A DNA stretch of 64,000 nucleotides from Epiperipatus broadwayi (lineage: Eukaryota; Animalia; Onychophora): contig JAQFVV010000010.1 in assembly GCA_028023455.1 (NCBI GenBank), forward strand, positions 16,740,001 through 16,804,000, read 5' to 3'. How positions within the stretch are numbered: the stretch's first letter is position 1; each line of letters starts with the position of its first letter. Positions 12,746 through 27,239 of the stretch are shown piece after piece. The translations under genes and the position numbers were made by a program. Below the pieces are notes generated by a model. The model had not been told where the DNA came from. It saw only the letters and a list, made by a program, of their open reading frames with translations, and searched no databases.

Positions 12746-15700
12746 ATTTGCTATCCAGTTGTTTACCAATGTGACCTGATTGAAATGTTAATTTATATAT
12801 TTTTTTTTCAATAAATTATACACAGATGTATCTGGATAATATTTCTTTTATATTTGTAGCCTGTGAAAATTCTCTATTTAATATATATAAATAAAGAATT
12901 CCTTCTTTCATATTCAATATTTCAGATAATATTCAGTTATCTTTCATGTACATATTTTTACTTTTTAACATTAAAAATTTTAGAAATTTTATGGATAACT
13001 CTTTTTTCTTAACAGAAATAAAACTTAGTGGAGTGTGAATGATTGACAAAATTTAACTTACTATGATTTTTTAAAAAACACTTTGTTTTCCTTTTCATAG
13101 GAAAGATTACAATGTTTTCAATGAAATTATTAGAAATAATGAGAGATTAATTTGCTTTAAATATTTGAAAAAAAAAAAAAGATATTTATCCTACATTAAT
13201 AATCTTTTTCTTTGATTGTTTATGAGTTCAGATTTTCCAAAACAAATGTTCAATAGTTAGATAAACAGTGTTTTTGAAATCCTGATTAATTAATTAAAAA
13301 AATAGCATGCTCTATGAAGATATCTAGAATAAGGCAAACCTGATGTCAGATTGTAGATAATGGCCAAGTCTGGCTATATCAAATATTACAAGATGCTTGG
13401 AATGAATAGAAAGGCAAAATGGAAAAAAAAAATTTCTTCTCATTTTTTTTCCAGAATGTCAATTATTAAACTTATTAATGCCTTAAGCAATAACATGGCA
13501 AATTCTAAATCTTACTTAAATTATATGAATATGGGTATTTATAGTTTGTTAAGGGTCATTGTAAAAGAGAGAGAAAAAGTATGAAAAATAATAAATTAAA
13601 TAATTTTTTTTACATCAATAATTTTATTTATTAGTTTTTAACAATAAAATAATAAGAGATAAATAATTAACATTTTAAATAAGGCTTCCCAGTTCTTAAA
13701 AAAAAAAAGAAAAGGTTTTGACATTTTTGTTTAAATTCTTTTTAATTAATTAAAGTTGATTTTTGTAATGTTTTTCAAATTAAAGTATAATTAAAGGATT
13801 ATCATGTTTTGTTAATTAAGAAAAAAAACCTAGAGGAATTTTTCAGTAATTGAGGTACAATTGGAATTTTTTAATTATTAAAATGGAAGAAACAACCCTT
13901 TTGTAAAAACAATCATTTTATTCAGATTTAATGCTGTCATCTCTGAGATATTGTGTGTTTGAAGATTATATTGTTCTAAAAATAAGAGCATTAGACTTGG
14001 ATATCTAGTGAATAGCATTCAATCTTGATCTAGCTATTAAAAAGAGAACAGTGAGAAGTTATTTTTATAGTCTGAAATAAGAGTAATCTTACTACTAGTT
14101 TAAAATATATATTTTAATGAAGTTAAAAAAAACCATGTGATAAGCTTTAGCTAAAATCTGAGCATCACCAATCCAACAAGTAGCCTTTTTCACTAAAAAA
14201 TGTAGAGGAATACCGCTGAGAAAAATTTGCAACAAGCATTGCATGACCATTCAATGTCTTGACTGTCTCAGCCTGTACTAATCTGACATGCAAATCTATG
14301 TTAATATGAAAATTATTGTATTGTAAAATGGATAAATTTAACTTGTATCAATCTAGTCTGTTATCTGTATTAATTTGGAAGTTATCATCATAATAAAAAA
14401 TTGAAGCTATTAAAAGAAAAATTTAATGGGAGAACTTCTATAAAAATGTTTACTTAAACTGCTCACTTGAAGCTATAAAAAGGAAACTGAATATGAAAGA
14501 ATCTGAAAGTTATAACTACAACAGAAGAATTAAATGAAACCATGGTAAAATGTGATATAGCATTTTCATTTATACATTTACATTTGTAAATAATTTTTTA
14601 CAATATTAATAATTAGTAGTAATGAATAATTTTGATTTAAGTTTTTTTTTATTGTTGAAACATATTTTCGATTTATTTTATTTTTCTCTCCCAAAATATA
14701 AAAGGGTATGAGGCCTTTCAATTTTTATAAGAAAAGGGGAAGAAGGTTTTAGCTAATCTTGCTATCCTTAAATTTTTTATCTTTTACTCTGAAATGTTGT
14801 TTTTCAAATTTAATCATTGAAAAGGGGAATAACTTTGTTAAAGAAAATGTTAATCAATTTAGTAATAAAAATCAACAGATTAATCTTATTTGTTATATGA
14901 AATTATATTTTTATATAGAAAATGTTTTGATTTAGAATTGTCATATTTTTCTGATTTATTATTCATTGATTATTCTTATTAAATAATTGTTAAAAACACT
15001 GATAATGTCTTTATTCCTCCAGCTGTCTGTTCTATGAATTGGTAGTATGTGTGATTTGATTTCATCATTGTGCTTTAAGAGATTTGTAAATTATCCCAGT
15101 AAAATTATTTTAGATAAAATGGATTAAGTGTATGCATTTATATCTTCTTTTGTTCACAGTCACAGTCATTAAGCTCACTGTAATCCTGAGCAATGATTAG
15201 AGCAATAACAGTTTATCTAGATGTAAGAATATGTTTGGACATTTTTATATCATTCTGTGAATGGCATAAAGATAAATATTATCTTTAAAGTCTATTCACT
15301 GTACTTTCTCTATACAGATTTGAAATTACTTTATAGTTGTCTTTCACTCATGGTACTGCATGGCCAGAGCATTGATGATCAGCATGTATCATGATCTCCA
15401 CATTTAGCACTTAAATATATGCATTTAGATAATTGTTTTTATATTATATTATGCAAACAAAGGCAAAACTCCCCAAATTATGTGCTAGTATAGAGATGGT
15501 GATCATGTGATATTATATTATGCCATAAGTTTCACATTGGCTAGATAATTAGCTTATATTTTGATATTGAATTTCCTTTAGGTCCAGATGCAAGGATTAT
15601 TGTTATGTATTCTTGTTTAATGTTGATGATGATTGCTGATTATTTTCATTTAATGTTGTTGATGTAACTTACTATAATTACTTATTCTATGTTGATTTCC

Positions 15701-16139
15701 TCATGCTCCTTTTATATTTGTTGATGACTATTCATTGAAATTGTTATTTCATTTCTTGTAATTATTCAATGGGTATGATGATGATTGTCATCTCCTATGT
15801 CACTCTACATTAATTTTATTGTAATATATGGGTGTTTATATATTATTATTACTGATTATTTGTAAAAACTTTGTTTTCTTCTCTGTTAAGAATTTAATTG
15901 TAGAGAAAAGTTTTTTGTAGTTGTAGAAGCGAATTTGGCTTATGATTTTTTTCTTTTATTAAAGATAATTTATTAAAATACTTTATGAGGTATTAAATGT
16001 AAAATAGGGTTTCATGAATTTCTGTATTTCATAATTTATATTGTGTAACTAATAATTTTTTTTTATTGACTTGCTTATTTGTAGTAGTTTCAACCCAAAT
16101 TGTAATTTGAGATTTCCAGTATAGCTTTCTAATAACATA

Positions 16140-17980
16140 GGTAACCCTCCAATAACATGATATATAGGTTTTTAGAAAATTGTGTGTTCTGTGAAACTGT
16201 GTTATACGAGACCCAGGACTAGTACAAAAAAGGGGTTAGATTCCAAAAATGTATAAACAAACTTAAAATGTTTTTTTACTTGATTGATATCTTCACTCAT
16301 TGAATTCTTTTCATCATACACAACTTTTGTCATCTTTAAAAACTGTAATTTTGATTTGTTTGCTTGTCCTTACAAGGTTATTGTAGATTTCCCAATGTGG
16401 AATTAAGCAATTTTGTAGTTTCTTTTGAATTTTTGGCTTTTTTTCAGTATATGGGTCTATATTCAAGAAAAATGATTCTAGATTTTTAACTTTTTTTTTT
16501 TTTTGGAACTTTTTTAAAGTTAATTTATTGACTTCACAATCTTCATCACTGCTGTTATCCCCAGAATTGACTTGATTTACAACTTCTGATGCCATTTCCA
16601 GAAAATTCACTTCACCAATTTCTTCTTCCATCAATAAATCTTGAATGTCCTGAATAACCATATTCTCAGAATCATCTCCTCCAATCACTTTAGCAAATTT
16701 TAATATGCTACCAACTTCACTTTTTGATGAATCGAGTCTGTTTTCTATTTCAGCTGATGATGGCAAATTGTTTTCCAACATGCATTTAATCTCGATGGTT
16801 TTAGTTTTTTCAAAAATAAGGATATGATTTTGATACAGTACTTGATTGAAAATTGCTTCCAAGCTTCCATTACACCAATTAATCTCAATTCTTATGACAA
16901 AAATTTATTGTAATGATCTTCTGATGCAGTAAGTTTTAAAGGTATAAATAATATATTGATTCATTTGGTGATAAAAACATTACTTAGATGTAGGAACAAC
17001 TCAAATCTTAATGATTGATCTCAGGTAACAGCACCTTAAAGTCCAAATTCTTCCTTATTCAACCTCTGGACAAAATATTTTAAAAATTATTCTCTAAATA
17101 AATCTCCAGTTATCCATGCTTTTGAATTTACTTTTCAATCTATCAGTAAGATATTTTTATTTACATCTTTAAGTACATGGGGATTTGAAGATCTATGAAC
17201 AAGCAAGAGTTTTGTCATAAAGTCTCCTGATGCATTATTACACCAAAGTAGCATTACATGATCTTTATATACTTTAAATCTGGTTACAATTTTTTTTATT
17301 TTGATATAAAGGTACTATTAGGCATTTTCCCCACCAAAGTCCAGTTTCATCAGTATTAATAACTTCACACAGTGTGCATCCTTGCTCTTCTATAATTTTT
17401 TTTTCTGGATATGTCCTGGTAGCTTCATAATCAGCCAATCCAGATTCACCTTAAATTCCTATGCTATGAATTGAAAAACACTTTTTGGAATTTTTCAAGC
17501 CAACCCTTTACTAGCCACAAAATCTGGTCTGAGATGATTTTCCACTTTCTTTAAGATCTTTATAAATTTTAAGAGCTTTTTGTTTCATAGTATTGCCATT
17601 CAATGGAATCTTTATCTGGTAGCTATCATCAATTCAAATGTTAAATGTCTTTTCCATTTTCTCAATTATTGGTGCACAGAGATAAGCTGTTTATTTGCAG
17701 ATATCAAAGATCCTATGGCAACAGCACTGATTAATTTTCTTTTCATTTTTCTCAACCCATTAATGGTTTGTTACTTCATGTAAATTTAGAAGTTTTGCAA
17801 TGTGTGGCGTTTTTTTCTTCTTTTATAAGGTGATCCAAAATTTGTATTTTTACTTCCAGATAAATAAATCTTCTCTTAAACATTTTTATTTCTATTAAAC
17901 ATAGTTTGGAATTAAAACTTAATTTTCCAAAAATTAATCTTAAATGTAAAAAGATACTCTTTAACACATACTCCAAAAAA
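16140..17980 (-). mobile_element. Degenerate Tigger/pogo (Tc1-mariner) DNA transposon
   Basis: N-terminal HTH YLEVKIQILDHLIKEEK (ORF 17776-17976), DETGLWWGKM, KAWITGDLF, QMNQYIIYTFKTY (QPMDQG motif) and an acidic C-terminus (ORF 16314-16862). Confidence 0.85.
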
Positions 17981-18594
17981 GTTTAAAATAAGTTCCTTCC
18001 AAAACCCGCACATTAGAATTCCATAAAATATTTTCTGCAATTTACAAACTGAATTCTTGAAAAACAAAGCATACAATGATGTCCACTTAACTCAGAGAAA
18101 GAGAGCGAGAGTCTTGCTAAAATAAAATTTGAATATACTTCCAAATGTATGTATTCCATGATGTGATGATAAATGTCAGCTAGTCCCACAATTATATTTT
18201 ATTTTTTGCATGTATGTGTACAAATTTATTATATGCCCATGGTGTGTAATTTAGATTTCTAAATACATACTGTAGTAATGGGATTTGAGTTTAAACTTGG
18301 TAATATTATCTATAAAAAAAAATTATTAGTTTGGTTTGGCAAAATATTAAAGGTTAATACAGGCTATTCTTAGTCCAAGGATGATACAATAAAACTAATG
18401 ACATATATATTATGTTAGTGATATTGCTAGAGAAATGGTAAAATAAAGTATGTATTGATAAATTTATTTACTAAAATTTTATTTACTGCATACGGTTTCA
18501 AAATAATCTTTAAACATCAACAAATAGTACATTAAACTATTAAGAAATGTGTGTGTGTATTTATATGTTGGTATGATTAAACATTGTGGGCTTT

Positions 18595-18710
18595 GAACAT
18601 TCCATCATCAGATTTTTAATGAAGTGGATAGCTGAAGTCTTGTGGGTTGGAGTCCATTAAAGTATAAAGATTGGCTATCTTAATATAATATAAAGCTGAG
18701 CACTGATTGT
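18595..18710. repeat. Dispersed fragment of the 38-kb fold-back family
   Basis: TTCCATCATCAGATTTT..GTCCATTAAAGTAT..AGATTGGCT..CTGAGCACT matches 38352-38450. Confidence 0.8.
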
Positions 18711-19254
18711 GATTATTTATCTTTTTAACATGTGTGTGTGATCAGGTGGGTCAGCAATATGAGATGGCATGGAGACTTGAGGGGCGTGTGAAAGTCTGAG
18801 TTCGAATCCCTTATTATTTTTGTTTTATGAATGTAGTTTTTATTTTTTTACTGATTAGCCAATTGGTAAACAAGATCTGGAATGATTTATCTTTTATTAA
18901 TAATAATATTGAATAATATGAAATATTTAAAATTTTGTATATTTACATTAGACAATATGAACAGGTATGCTTCTCTGGAAGACATATCCTGAAAAAGGTA
19001 GAATATAAACATTTTTTTATATATAAATATGTACCTTTAGAACCTTTTTAGTAATCTTTGACTTCTCATATTCTAAATTTGTAAATTGTTTTCTATATTG
19101 GCAATGATTATTCAGAATGATGATGTTATGAACAAGGTTGGTTTATCCGAAATCTAAAATCAAAATAATTTATAGAGATAAGTAATAATATCTACACTTG
19201 TTTTATTATTTTTACATTCTGATAGAATTCTAATTTTTTTATTATCTTTTATTA

Positions 19255-19635
19255 GGGAGAATGTTTTTCTTCCAGACACCTTGAAGTTTTTCAACTTTGG
19301 GATGCAAGAACAAAATGAAGAAGTCTTATAGCTATGGATTATCTTAGGTAAGACATATTATATATGTTTTTAAAGATAATTTTGTGAGGAATACAAAGAA
19401 ATTATCACTGAAGATATAATTTGAATTTTAGTTAATGTTAATTTCCAAATTATGAACAAACAATAAAATAATTATTTTGGATGTGAAATTTTCTTTTTTC
19501 CTTATTTTTAAAATGGTAATCACTATTTGTCTTAGCCTTCTATCAATGTAAAGTTTTTTACTCTAACATTATTAAAACTGATGTTATTGTGAAAATTGTG
19601 TCTCAGGTCAGTTTTTTTAAAAATTCAATATGGCG
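19255..19635 (+). repeat. Dispersed ~400-bp repeat, copy 1 (copy 2 at 45680-46115)
   Basis: Collinear similarity throughout, ending in AAAAATTCAATATGGC. Contains an exon-like AG..GTAAG segment. Confidence 0.85.
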
Positions 19636-20189
19636 CATGACACTAAAGCAGTTAAGGAATAAGTCAAACTCCTACGGACTCACTTTAAAAAACTTAGAAA
19701 CACTGCCTCTCAGTTAAAGAATAGTTCAACTTTATCCACTATTATATTGTTTGTGGTAAATAAATTAGACATTGATGTTTTACTCCTTTCAAATGTCATG
19801 TCTGATTTATTTACCATATAACAACATGATAGTGGATAAAGGTTAATCATGCTTTAACTGATAAATTAGCATTGATACAAAAAATGACATTGTTTTCAAA
19901 TTTATTAAAATGACTTTATAGGAGCTTAAATTGTGAATTGTTATTATTAGATATAGTTTCTTCATGAATGAATTATATATTCTCAGTGCCCTATATTTAT
20001 ATCTTTCTTCTTTATATGCTTGTTTAAATTATTAGAATTTATTTCTTGATTAATTTGAAAGTAAAAGATAATTTGGTGAATTGTTACGACACGGTGTTTA
20101 AAGTTTAATAATTTTTATCACAATCTGTTTTATTTATCTTATAATAGTCTGACAGTTTTACAAGAAGTATTGGACGGTTGTTTTTACAA

Positions 20190-20830
20190 ATTCAGAGCTT
20201 CAGGAAATATTGCAAGAATTATCAAATCAAAATAACAAGATAAGATTAAGGATAAATACTCCAAAGACTATAGTAATGTTAGAATACATTTTTTCAGAAG
20301 AAAATGAAGATTGACAATGATAAATTAGAAGAAGTTAGTAATTATAAATATCTTGGCCTGATTATCAACACTGGCATAATGGATTCAATTAATCATAGAA
20401 TTAAACTTGGATGGGATGATTTTGGGAGAAATAATATGAAATACAAATGTTCCCATCAGTTTTTATTTATGGATTTGATATTTGGACACTTAACAAAAGA
20501 ATAATGTAGAGCGTTCAGACTATTCAATGAAGTATAAAAAGATGTGAGTTATGAGTCACAAAAATAGATCAAAAGTGTAATATTTGCGTGAGAAAACAGA
20601 GACATCATTGAAAAAAATGATTGAAATGGAATTAGGAGATATTTTCTAGACGAGATTATTATAGATAGATATATGGAGTTTCAAATTGAATTCCAAAAAA
20701 TTGTAAAAGATCTAGAAAGAGGACATGTGAGATGGATGAATGAAATCAAAAAATTTGCAACAAAAACATTAAAGGTGGAAAGTCTTCCATCTTAAAGTGA
20801 ATTGATAATGGCTGAAAACGATGATGATGA
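20190..20830 (+). mobile_element. RTE LINE 3' fragment (same family as 1299-4283)
   Basis: Aligns to 3570-4280 (AGAGCTTCAGGAAAT.., ATAGAATTAAACTTGG.., ACATGTGAGATGGATG..). Ends in a (GAT)n tail. Confidence 0.85.
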
Positions 20831-21269
20831 AAATGGTGGTTGGATCATTCTCCGTGTAATTTATAAATTAGCATTCACATGAGAAGAAAGATCATTGTTA
20901 AAAAAAATTATTAAAATGATTCTCTTGGAGTTTGAATTATGATTTATTGCTATTGTATGTGCATGCGAATTTAGTTGCTCCACGAATGGATTATATATTC
21001 TCCCTGTTATATATTTAACAACCATAGCTTGAGTACATGTTTGTTTAAAACTAATAGATTATACATAGAGAAAGAGAGGGAAAGAAATTAAGACTCATAC
21101 CACAATAAAACAAACATTTTAAGATACTCTCTAACCTAATATAAGACAATAATTAACAAGAATATAGAGGTTTGCCTAAAACACTTTAGTTAAAAAAATG
21201 AATATTTAAATGATCTATACAATGTATCTAAATATGTTTCAAATTGATTTCTTTCAATATCCGGCAAAT

Positions 21270-21830
21270 CTGCTGTACTATCATTTCTATTTAACATTTT
21301 TTCTAAAGAAAGAATAAATAATATTCTTTTTTTCTTATGGAAACTCTACAAGTTTGTATCATCGTTTGTTTCAATCACCATAACCAAATTTTATCAATTC
21401 TAGCATTAAAATTTTTCACAATAATTTTGAAATGTTGCTTGGTATGATCAGAAACATTTTGTATGTCCACATAACATTTTTCAATTCCTTAATCATAATA
21501 AGAACTTGTTGTGAAATAAACCTGAATTATCTGCAATTGGTATCTTCCATTAATTTAAATAATTAATCTTTCCATTCTGTTTGTTATATTAATTTTCACA
21601 ATATTGCTATTTCACTTTTTATTCATAATGAATTCCATTCTACTTGTGCTTTTAACATTTGCGCCTTTGGAGTAAAGTTATAAAGTCCACCTTCTCTATC
21701 AATTGTACCTTCATCTTTTCTTCTAACTTCAGAAAGTTCAACAATGTCTTATTTAGTATTAGACAGTTTTTCTTCCAATTCCTTCAATCTTCCTTTGGAA
21801 TTTATTTGCAGTTGTTGTAAGTACACAAAA
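21270..21830 (-). mobile_element. RTE LINE endonuclease fragment
   Basis: Reverse complement aligns to 1800-2300 (GAAGTTAGAAGAAAAGATGAAG, GCAGATAATTCAGGTTTAT). Confidence 0.8.
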
Positions 21831-22799
21831 GGCCATCATGTGTATCTATAAAAGAGGCCTTTCTTTCAATAGTCCGTCTAATGTATTATTTTCAGAAGAG
21901 CTAATAAATGGTATAAAAATATACATTAAAAAATACTAATATGAGATTAAAACAAGATCAAAATTGAAGCTAAAAATATTTGTGATAACATGAAAGGAAA
22001 TAACTTATTTAAAATGTCTATAACATAGACTAGAGAGAAAAGAATACACTAAACAGCGGAGAAGTCATTTTATCACGTGATTTAAGTAAGTATAAACAGA
22101 AAATGTTGAAAGTTTGGTATTAGAAGCAGCAATTTTAATAATAATAAAAAAAGAAATGATGAAACTAGGATATATATAATGAGGGGGAAGGTTATGTAAA
22201 AAATAATTTATATTTAATTCTTTTTAAATTGGTTGATAAATTAGAATTTTAATAGTGATGAAATGAAGATAACTGAAAAATAGGGATAGAAGAAAGGAAA
22301 ATATATGATAAAAGTATCAGTGAAATATGACTTTATTTTTTCTGATAGTATATAATATTGTGAATAGTAAAAAGTTTGATCATTGAAAACATTCAGATCG
22401 AGTTCCATAGACCTTAAGATCCAAAATCGACCCTTTTACACATCAAACCAGGCAGGACATTTTGAATTGCAGTGTTATAAAAAAGAATTTTATTTTGTTC
22501 ATTTTAGAAGCATCCATTGTACATTTGAATTATCAATGATTACCATTTGATAGAGTAATTTATTGAAGCTTGCTGTAAACGATGTTAGAATAGAGGATGG
22601 ACGTTGCACTGATATTTACTTTCATAACTAGGAAAAAATGTGCTTATAATTAGAATAAATTGTAGTTAAAAACTTGGTATCAGATTTATATGATTGAACA
22701 AGGAATTGACTTATGTTCAGTGCTTTATGATTTTTGAATTTTAGGCCTAATAAATTGAAATTAAAAAAGAAGTTAAAAGTAATTGCCAATTTTGGTTCT

Positions 22800-23190
22800 C
22801 ATTGATAAAGGCAGAAGAAGAAATAGATCCAGTTATGGAAATTAAAATGCATTATTTGCATACAATAGTTGGTTCTAGAACAGAGAAAAGAGTACTGTAC
22901 ATTTTATATATTAGTAAATGAAAAAAAGAGATTGATTGAGGAAATTAGAAATGGAAACTGGATTGGACATATATTAAGAAGAAAGTAATGTTTTGGAGAG
23001 AATGATGAGTGGAAGCAAGAAGAAAGAATAAAAAAGATTGACATTGCTGGACCATATGAGATGGGAAGAGTTAAATAGAATTGAAGAGCTGGGAAATGAA
23101 GAGTTCAGAGTGGAATAATGGATGAATTGGTGATGTGACTACTCTCTGAATGTTTGCGGGACAGAATACTATTGATGATGATGAATAGTT
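22800..23190 (+). mobile_element. RTE-type LINE 3' fragment (different subfamily)
   Basis: WIGHILRRK-type motif followed by a GATGATGATG tail. Confidence 0.6.
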
Positions 23191-23519
23191 ACAATACTAT
23201 ATTAATTCACTATTTTATATTTGATCCATTTCCTCAAGATAGTGAAATATTTAAGCATTGATGTACTCTTCATAATCATCAATAGCAACAGATCATTAAT
23301 GAATATGATCATCTTAAATCATGGTTAATTTTTGGGTGTTTTTGAATATTAGTTTTGAAATGCTATACAAATCCAGCTGTGAAACACAAATTATTACATA
23401 TATCCTTACTGGATTTTCAGATTGTTTACATTATATCTCACAGTGTTGTTTTTTAACTTTTCCCGCATTTAACTTATGTTTTTGAAACATTTTGCCTAAT
23501 TGTAACATTCCATTGTAAG

Positions 23520-24130
23520 TTTATCATAGTTATAACATCCCAATAAAAACAATATAGTCTTTAAAGGGTTTAAAAAAATCTTTATAACATAAACAAGGCA
23601 TGCTTTTTCCATGGAATTCGAGTTCTCCAAATAATGTTCTTTATAAATTCTATTATTCTTTAACTACTTTATATACCTAATCTAATGTGGATACGTTCAT
23701 ATAGTTGAGTTATATTTTCAGAATATCAGAGTATTTTTAAAAGGGCTCACATCACTGTTAATATAACATATTTTATAGAATAGAAGCTTTTTTTATATGA
23801 ATAATTTAGGAAATTTATCACCATGGTGAGATGTTCTATTTTTTAACTTGTTAAACACAAAACCACATAATCTACGATATACCCCAACATTCAAATCAAT
23901 TCTATCTATAAAATTATCAAAGTATTTAATTTGATCCATGTTTTCAAACTGCTGTTTAGCCAGGTTAAATGCTTTGGAGGGATTTTTCTTCCACCACTAG
24001 TTGATAAATCACACAAATCTTTTGAATATTAATTAATAAATTCAATTATTTATACATTGCAATTAAAACATTAGAACATTCTAAAGATCACCTCTGAACT
24101 GGGAAAAAATAGCATAATTATTAGTATTTT
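23520..24130 (-). mobile_element. Degenerate Penelope-like RT fragment
   Basis: Broken frames resemble the LAN.FME..E / W.RYVDDVF region. Heavily mutated. Confidence 0.45.
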
Positions 24131-26039
24131 ATAAATCCAGGAACCAAACTGTACTTGTTGTACCTTTTTTAATCACTTAAATTTAAAAACTTCTATAATC
24201 AAATCTCTAGCCTCTTGATATCTGCTTTGTGAAGCCACCCCCTTAAATGTTCCAAAGTATATTGTCATAAATAAAAACTAAATTACAAGCATGGTATTTT
24301 CTATGGTTATCCACAGAAAAATTGAAAAAAATATTGGTGCTTTGAAATATAATGCTAATAAGACTTTTGAAAAAAAAAACACCATAGATCTAAAGAAAAT
24401 GAATATATGGATAGTTGACCCGATTAGATAAATTCTTGAAACATAAATACCCAGAAAGACTGATGATAAAAGAAAGGACAATTTAAGAGCTCTGGAAAAT
24501 TAAATAGGGGACAAGATTAGTAATATAACCAGCAAAATCTGATGCTAGTTAATGGCATATAATATAAACAATGATGCTTTACACACTCACCACTGTGTAT
24601 ATGTTCACACTCAGTGCATTATGAGGAATTTCACGCTAATAGATCAATGAGAATCGCACAGCATTCATATTTATATAGTAAAGCAAAGTCAAATTATGAA
24701 TATAAATCGAAATTTTTCATCATGGGCAGGCTGTGGGACATATTTTTCCCCTCTGGTATTAGAGTGGTATGCGCAGAGAGATGGTGGGAAAGGAAAATAT
24801 AAAGAAGTGTGGGCTGTTGCTAGGTATTCTCATTTCATTAATGGAGGGGATTCTTGCATCCTATTGTCAGAAAAGTGGGGCATCTAATTTGCACACTGCA
24901 TTTTATTTGCATATTGTCACAATATATACATATTTTTTACTGATGCTGTTAGCACTACGATTTTGGAAGCAGCCTGTCAAAGGCGGGCTCAGGCTTTCGA
25001 GTCTTAATGCATTATATTTACCAATTCATATTAACTTAAATAGTACAAGTTTTGTATGATTTCATAAAGCTAGGTGAACATAAAGACCACAGATCCTTAT
25101 TTGAATGAAATTTCAGTCAATATAAAACTAAATTGGATATAAAAAGATAATTATTAAAAAATATATATACAAGCCTGTTCTGTGGGTTGTGTTGCCCGGA
25201 TGCAAAATTATATTGCCTCCCCCCAAAAAAAATCATAATTATATAAAATAAATTTTCATATAACATATAGTATAAAAATTTATTATGAAACAGATTTGAT
25301 CGTTATTTTCTCTTAATATAATTTTTTTGTTATATTACACTTATAAGAAAGAAAAAACAAAACGTATGTATATATTTGTTAATTTTAAGCTTAATTGCGA
25401 TATATATCCTGTTCATATTAATTTAAATTATGAGATTGATTTTTTTATTTGATTTAATTCTAGGGTAAAGTTAATTAATGAATCAGTCGCTAGATGGCTG
25501 TCCACAGCAATTTGGTAGAGCAAGACTAGAGAAGTTGTTTGTGCCGCCTACATCCCTCAATGACACAGGCGTGTGCATATATTTAAAAATGTAATACTAT
25601 TACATTTAATTATTAACAAAATAATATATTACTTTATGTGTATTTTAAACGTTTGCTGCAATTAAACAATTTATTTTTTTAAGTAATGCAAATCTCATTG
25701 GTTTTGGATCAACAAATATTCAAGACATTCAAACAATTATTTTAAAATCTGTACATTGAAATAATAAAAAATTGATAGTAATACCATTGTTAATAGAACA
25801 AAATAAATATTAAATTTTGTTAGAATCAAAATTACGTTTTTATAAATATTAAATTTTGCACGTTATAATGATTACATTTAGTGGAAAAATTTGAAAATCA
25901 TCATAGAAAAAGTTATTGAGAATAGGCATGGATTCAAAATGTTGCCAAAAAAAAAAAAAAAAAAGGGATCCCGAAAAGTTTATCAAAGGGAAATTTGGCC
26001 ATATATGTCATATTATTTTAATTCTTAAAAGAACTAATG

Positions 26040-26815
26040 TCCGTCAAGGAGACCCTTTGATTCCTCTTGGAGACCTTAATGGAACCTAGCAGGGCAAATT
26101 CCTAATATTCATTCCATACATTTTTGTTATTATTATGTGCTTATTCATATAGCATACGAACATGCATGGCTGCTCACCAACACACATTAGCCAGCATGGT
26201 GAGTATATTGCTTTTTACCTCCGAGTTTAAGAATAAGAAACGCCACAATCTTTCTTCTCAGTTGCCTGATAATGCAGAATGAGTGTGTACGTAAATGAAA
26301 AAATTTTTTTCCAACAGAGAGAGATATATATAATAATGACAAAGAAAAATTAATCATTACCTTTATTCTGAGGAGGCTATAAAGTCACCAGCCAAGTCAG
26401 CGGTTGGTGGCAGAGAGTGCTAAGAATTCCCTGATTGTGGACCCAGGCTACCATTTGATGACAACTTTTTATTTAGGTACTTGTAATTGCAGATCACTTT
26501 CAAGTAAAGGAATATTGCAATAACCGAAAGAAGAACTGTCTCTTATTAAATGGGACATTATTGGACTTTGTGAAGTTTTAAGATGAAGAGACAATTGATT
26601 TAAAAAGTGGACATATATTCTACTGCAAAGGCACAAATATTAGAAGTATAAATGGAATAGGATTCATTATAAATAAAAAGTAAAAAAAACAACATTGTGG
26701 AGATTGATGATGTATCAGACAAAGCGACGAGATTAGTTATTCAACTTAATAGCAGATACCAAATGCAGATAATTCAGGTTTATGCCCCAACAAGTTCTCA
26801 TAGGGATGAAGTAGT
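26040..26815 (+). mobile_element. RTE LINE 5' fragment (5'UTR + endonuclease start)
   Basis: Collinear with 1325-2080 (CCCTTTGATTCC.., CTCAGTTGCCTGATAA, GCAGATAATTCAGGTTTATGC). Confidence 0.9.
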
Positions 26816-27130
26816 TTATTGTTTAAGGCTCGAATGGGATCTTTAACAATAAGAGAATATACATGGTAAGTGGAAAAATATGGGTGATTTAGTCTGTAAA
26901 TTATATAAGGAAAGGATAGAAAATATTAGGCATCTGTTAATTGTATGTAAATGCTTGAAAATAGAAATGGTACATATAATGAAGTTTAGGAAGAATAAAT
27001 ATGAAAAAAGTGATTATACAGAAAGTGGATTATTGGTTTTTATGCTGAGTTTGGGAAAAGATAAGGGGGATTTAGATATAAAGGCCATAGAGTTGACAAA
27101 GATTATGTTGTGAAAATGGGATGGAGTAGA
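26816..27130 (+). mobile_element. C-terminal zinc-knuckle fragment of a different LINE
   Basis: LFKARMGSL followed by CKLYKERIENIRHLLIVC, a degenerate C-x2-C-x8-H-x4-C LINE ORF2 tail (ORF 26880-27113). Confidence 0.6.
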
Positions 27131-27239
27131 ATATGGGAAAACTTAGACTGGGGAATGGAAAATAAAATGGCTAACATGTTTCTCTGGGTATAATTGTTGA
27201 GATTGAGACTCCATTTAAGGAGAAGCTACAGTACATCAC

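Noticed and set aside
13360-13584. Short ORFs of the ORF track (this and most other 60-100 aa ORFs)
   Set aside because: Low-complexity AT-rich chance ORFs or antisense frames of repeats, with no motifs or splice context.
15164-15360. Exon-like AG..GT segments on the plus strand
   Set aside because: The first segment has stops in all three frames, and nothing independent supports a transcript.
17343-17353. CTGATGAAAC on the minus strand as a hammerhead core
   Set aside because: It is the DETG codon run of the Tigger transposase and has no stems.
24630-24990. GC-richer segment with three overlapping ORFs
   Set aside because: No recognisable protein, repeat partner or RNA structure. It may be regulatory but cannot be supported.
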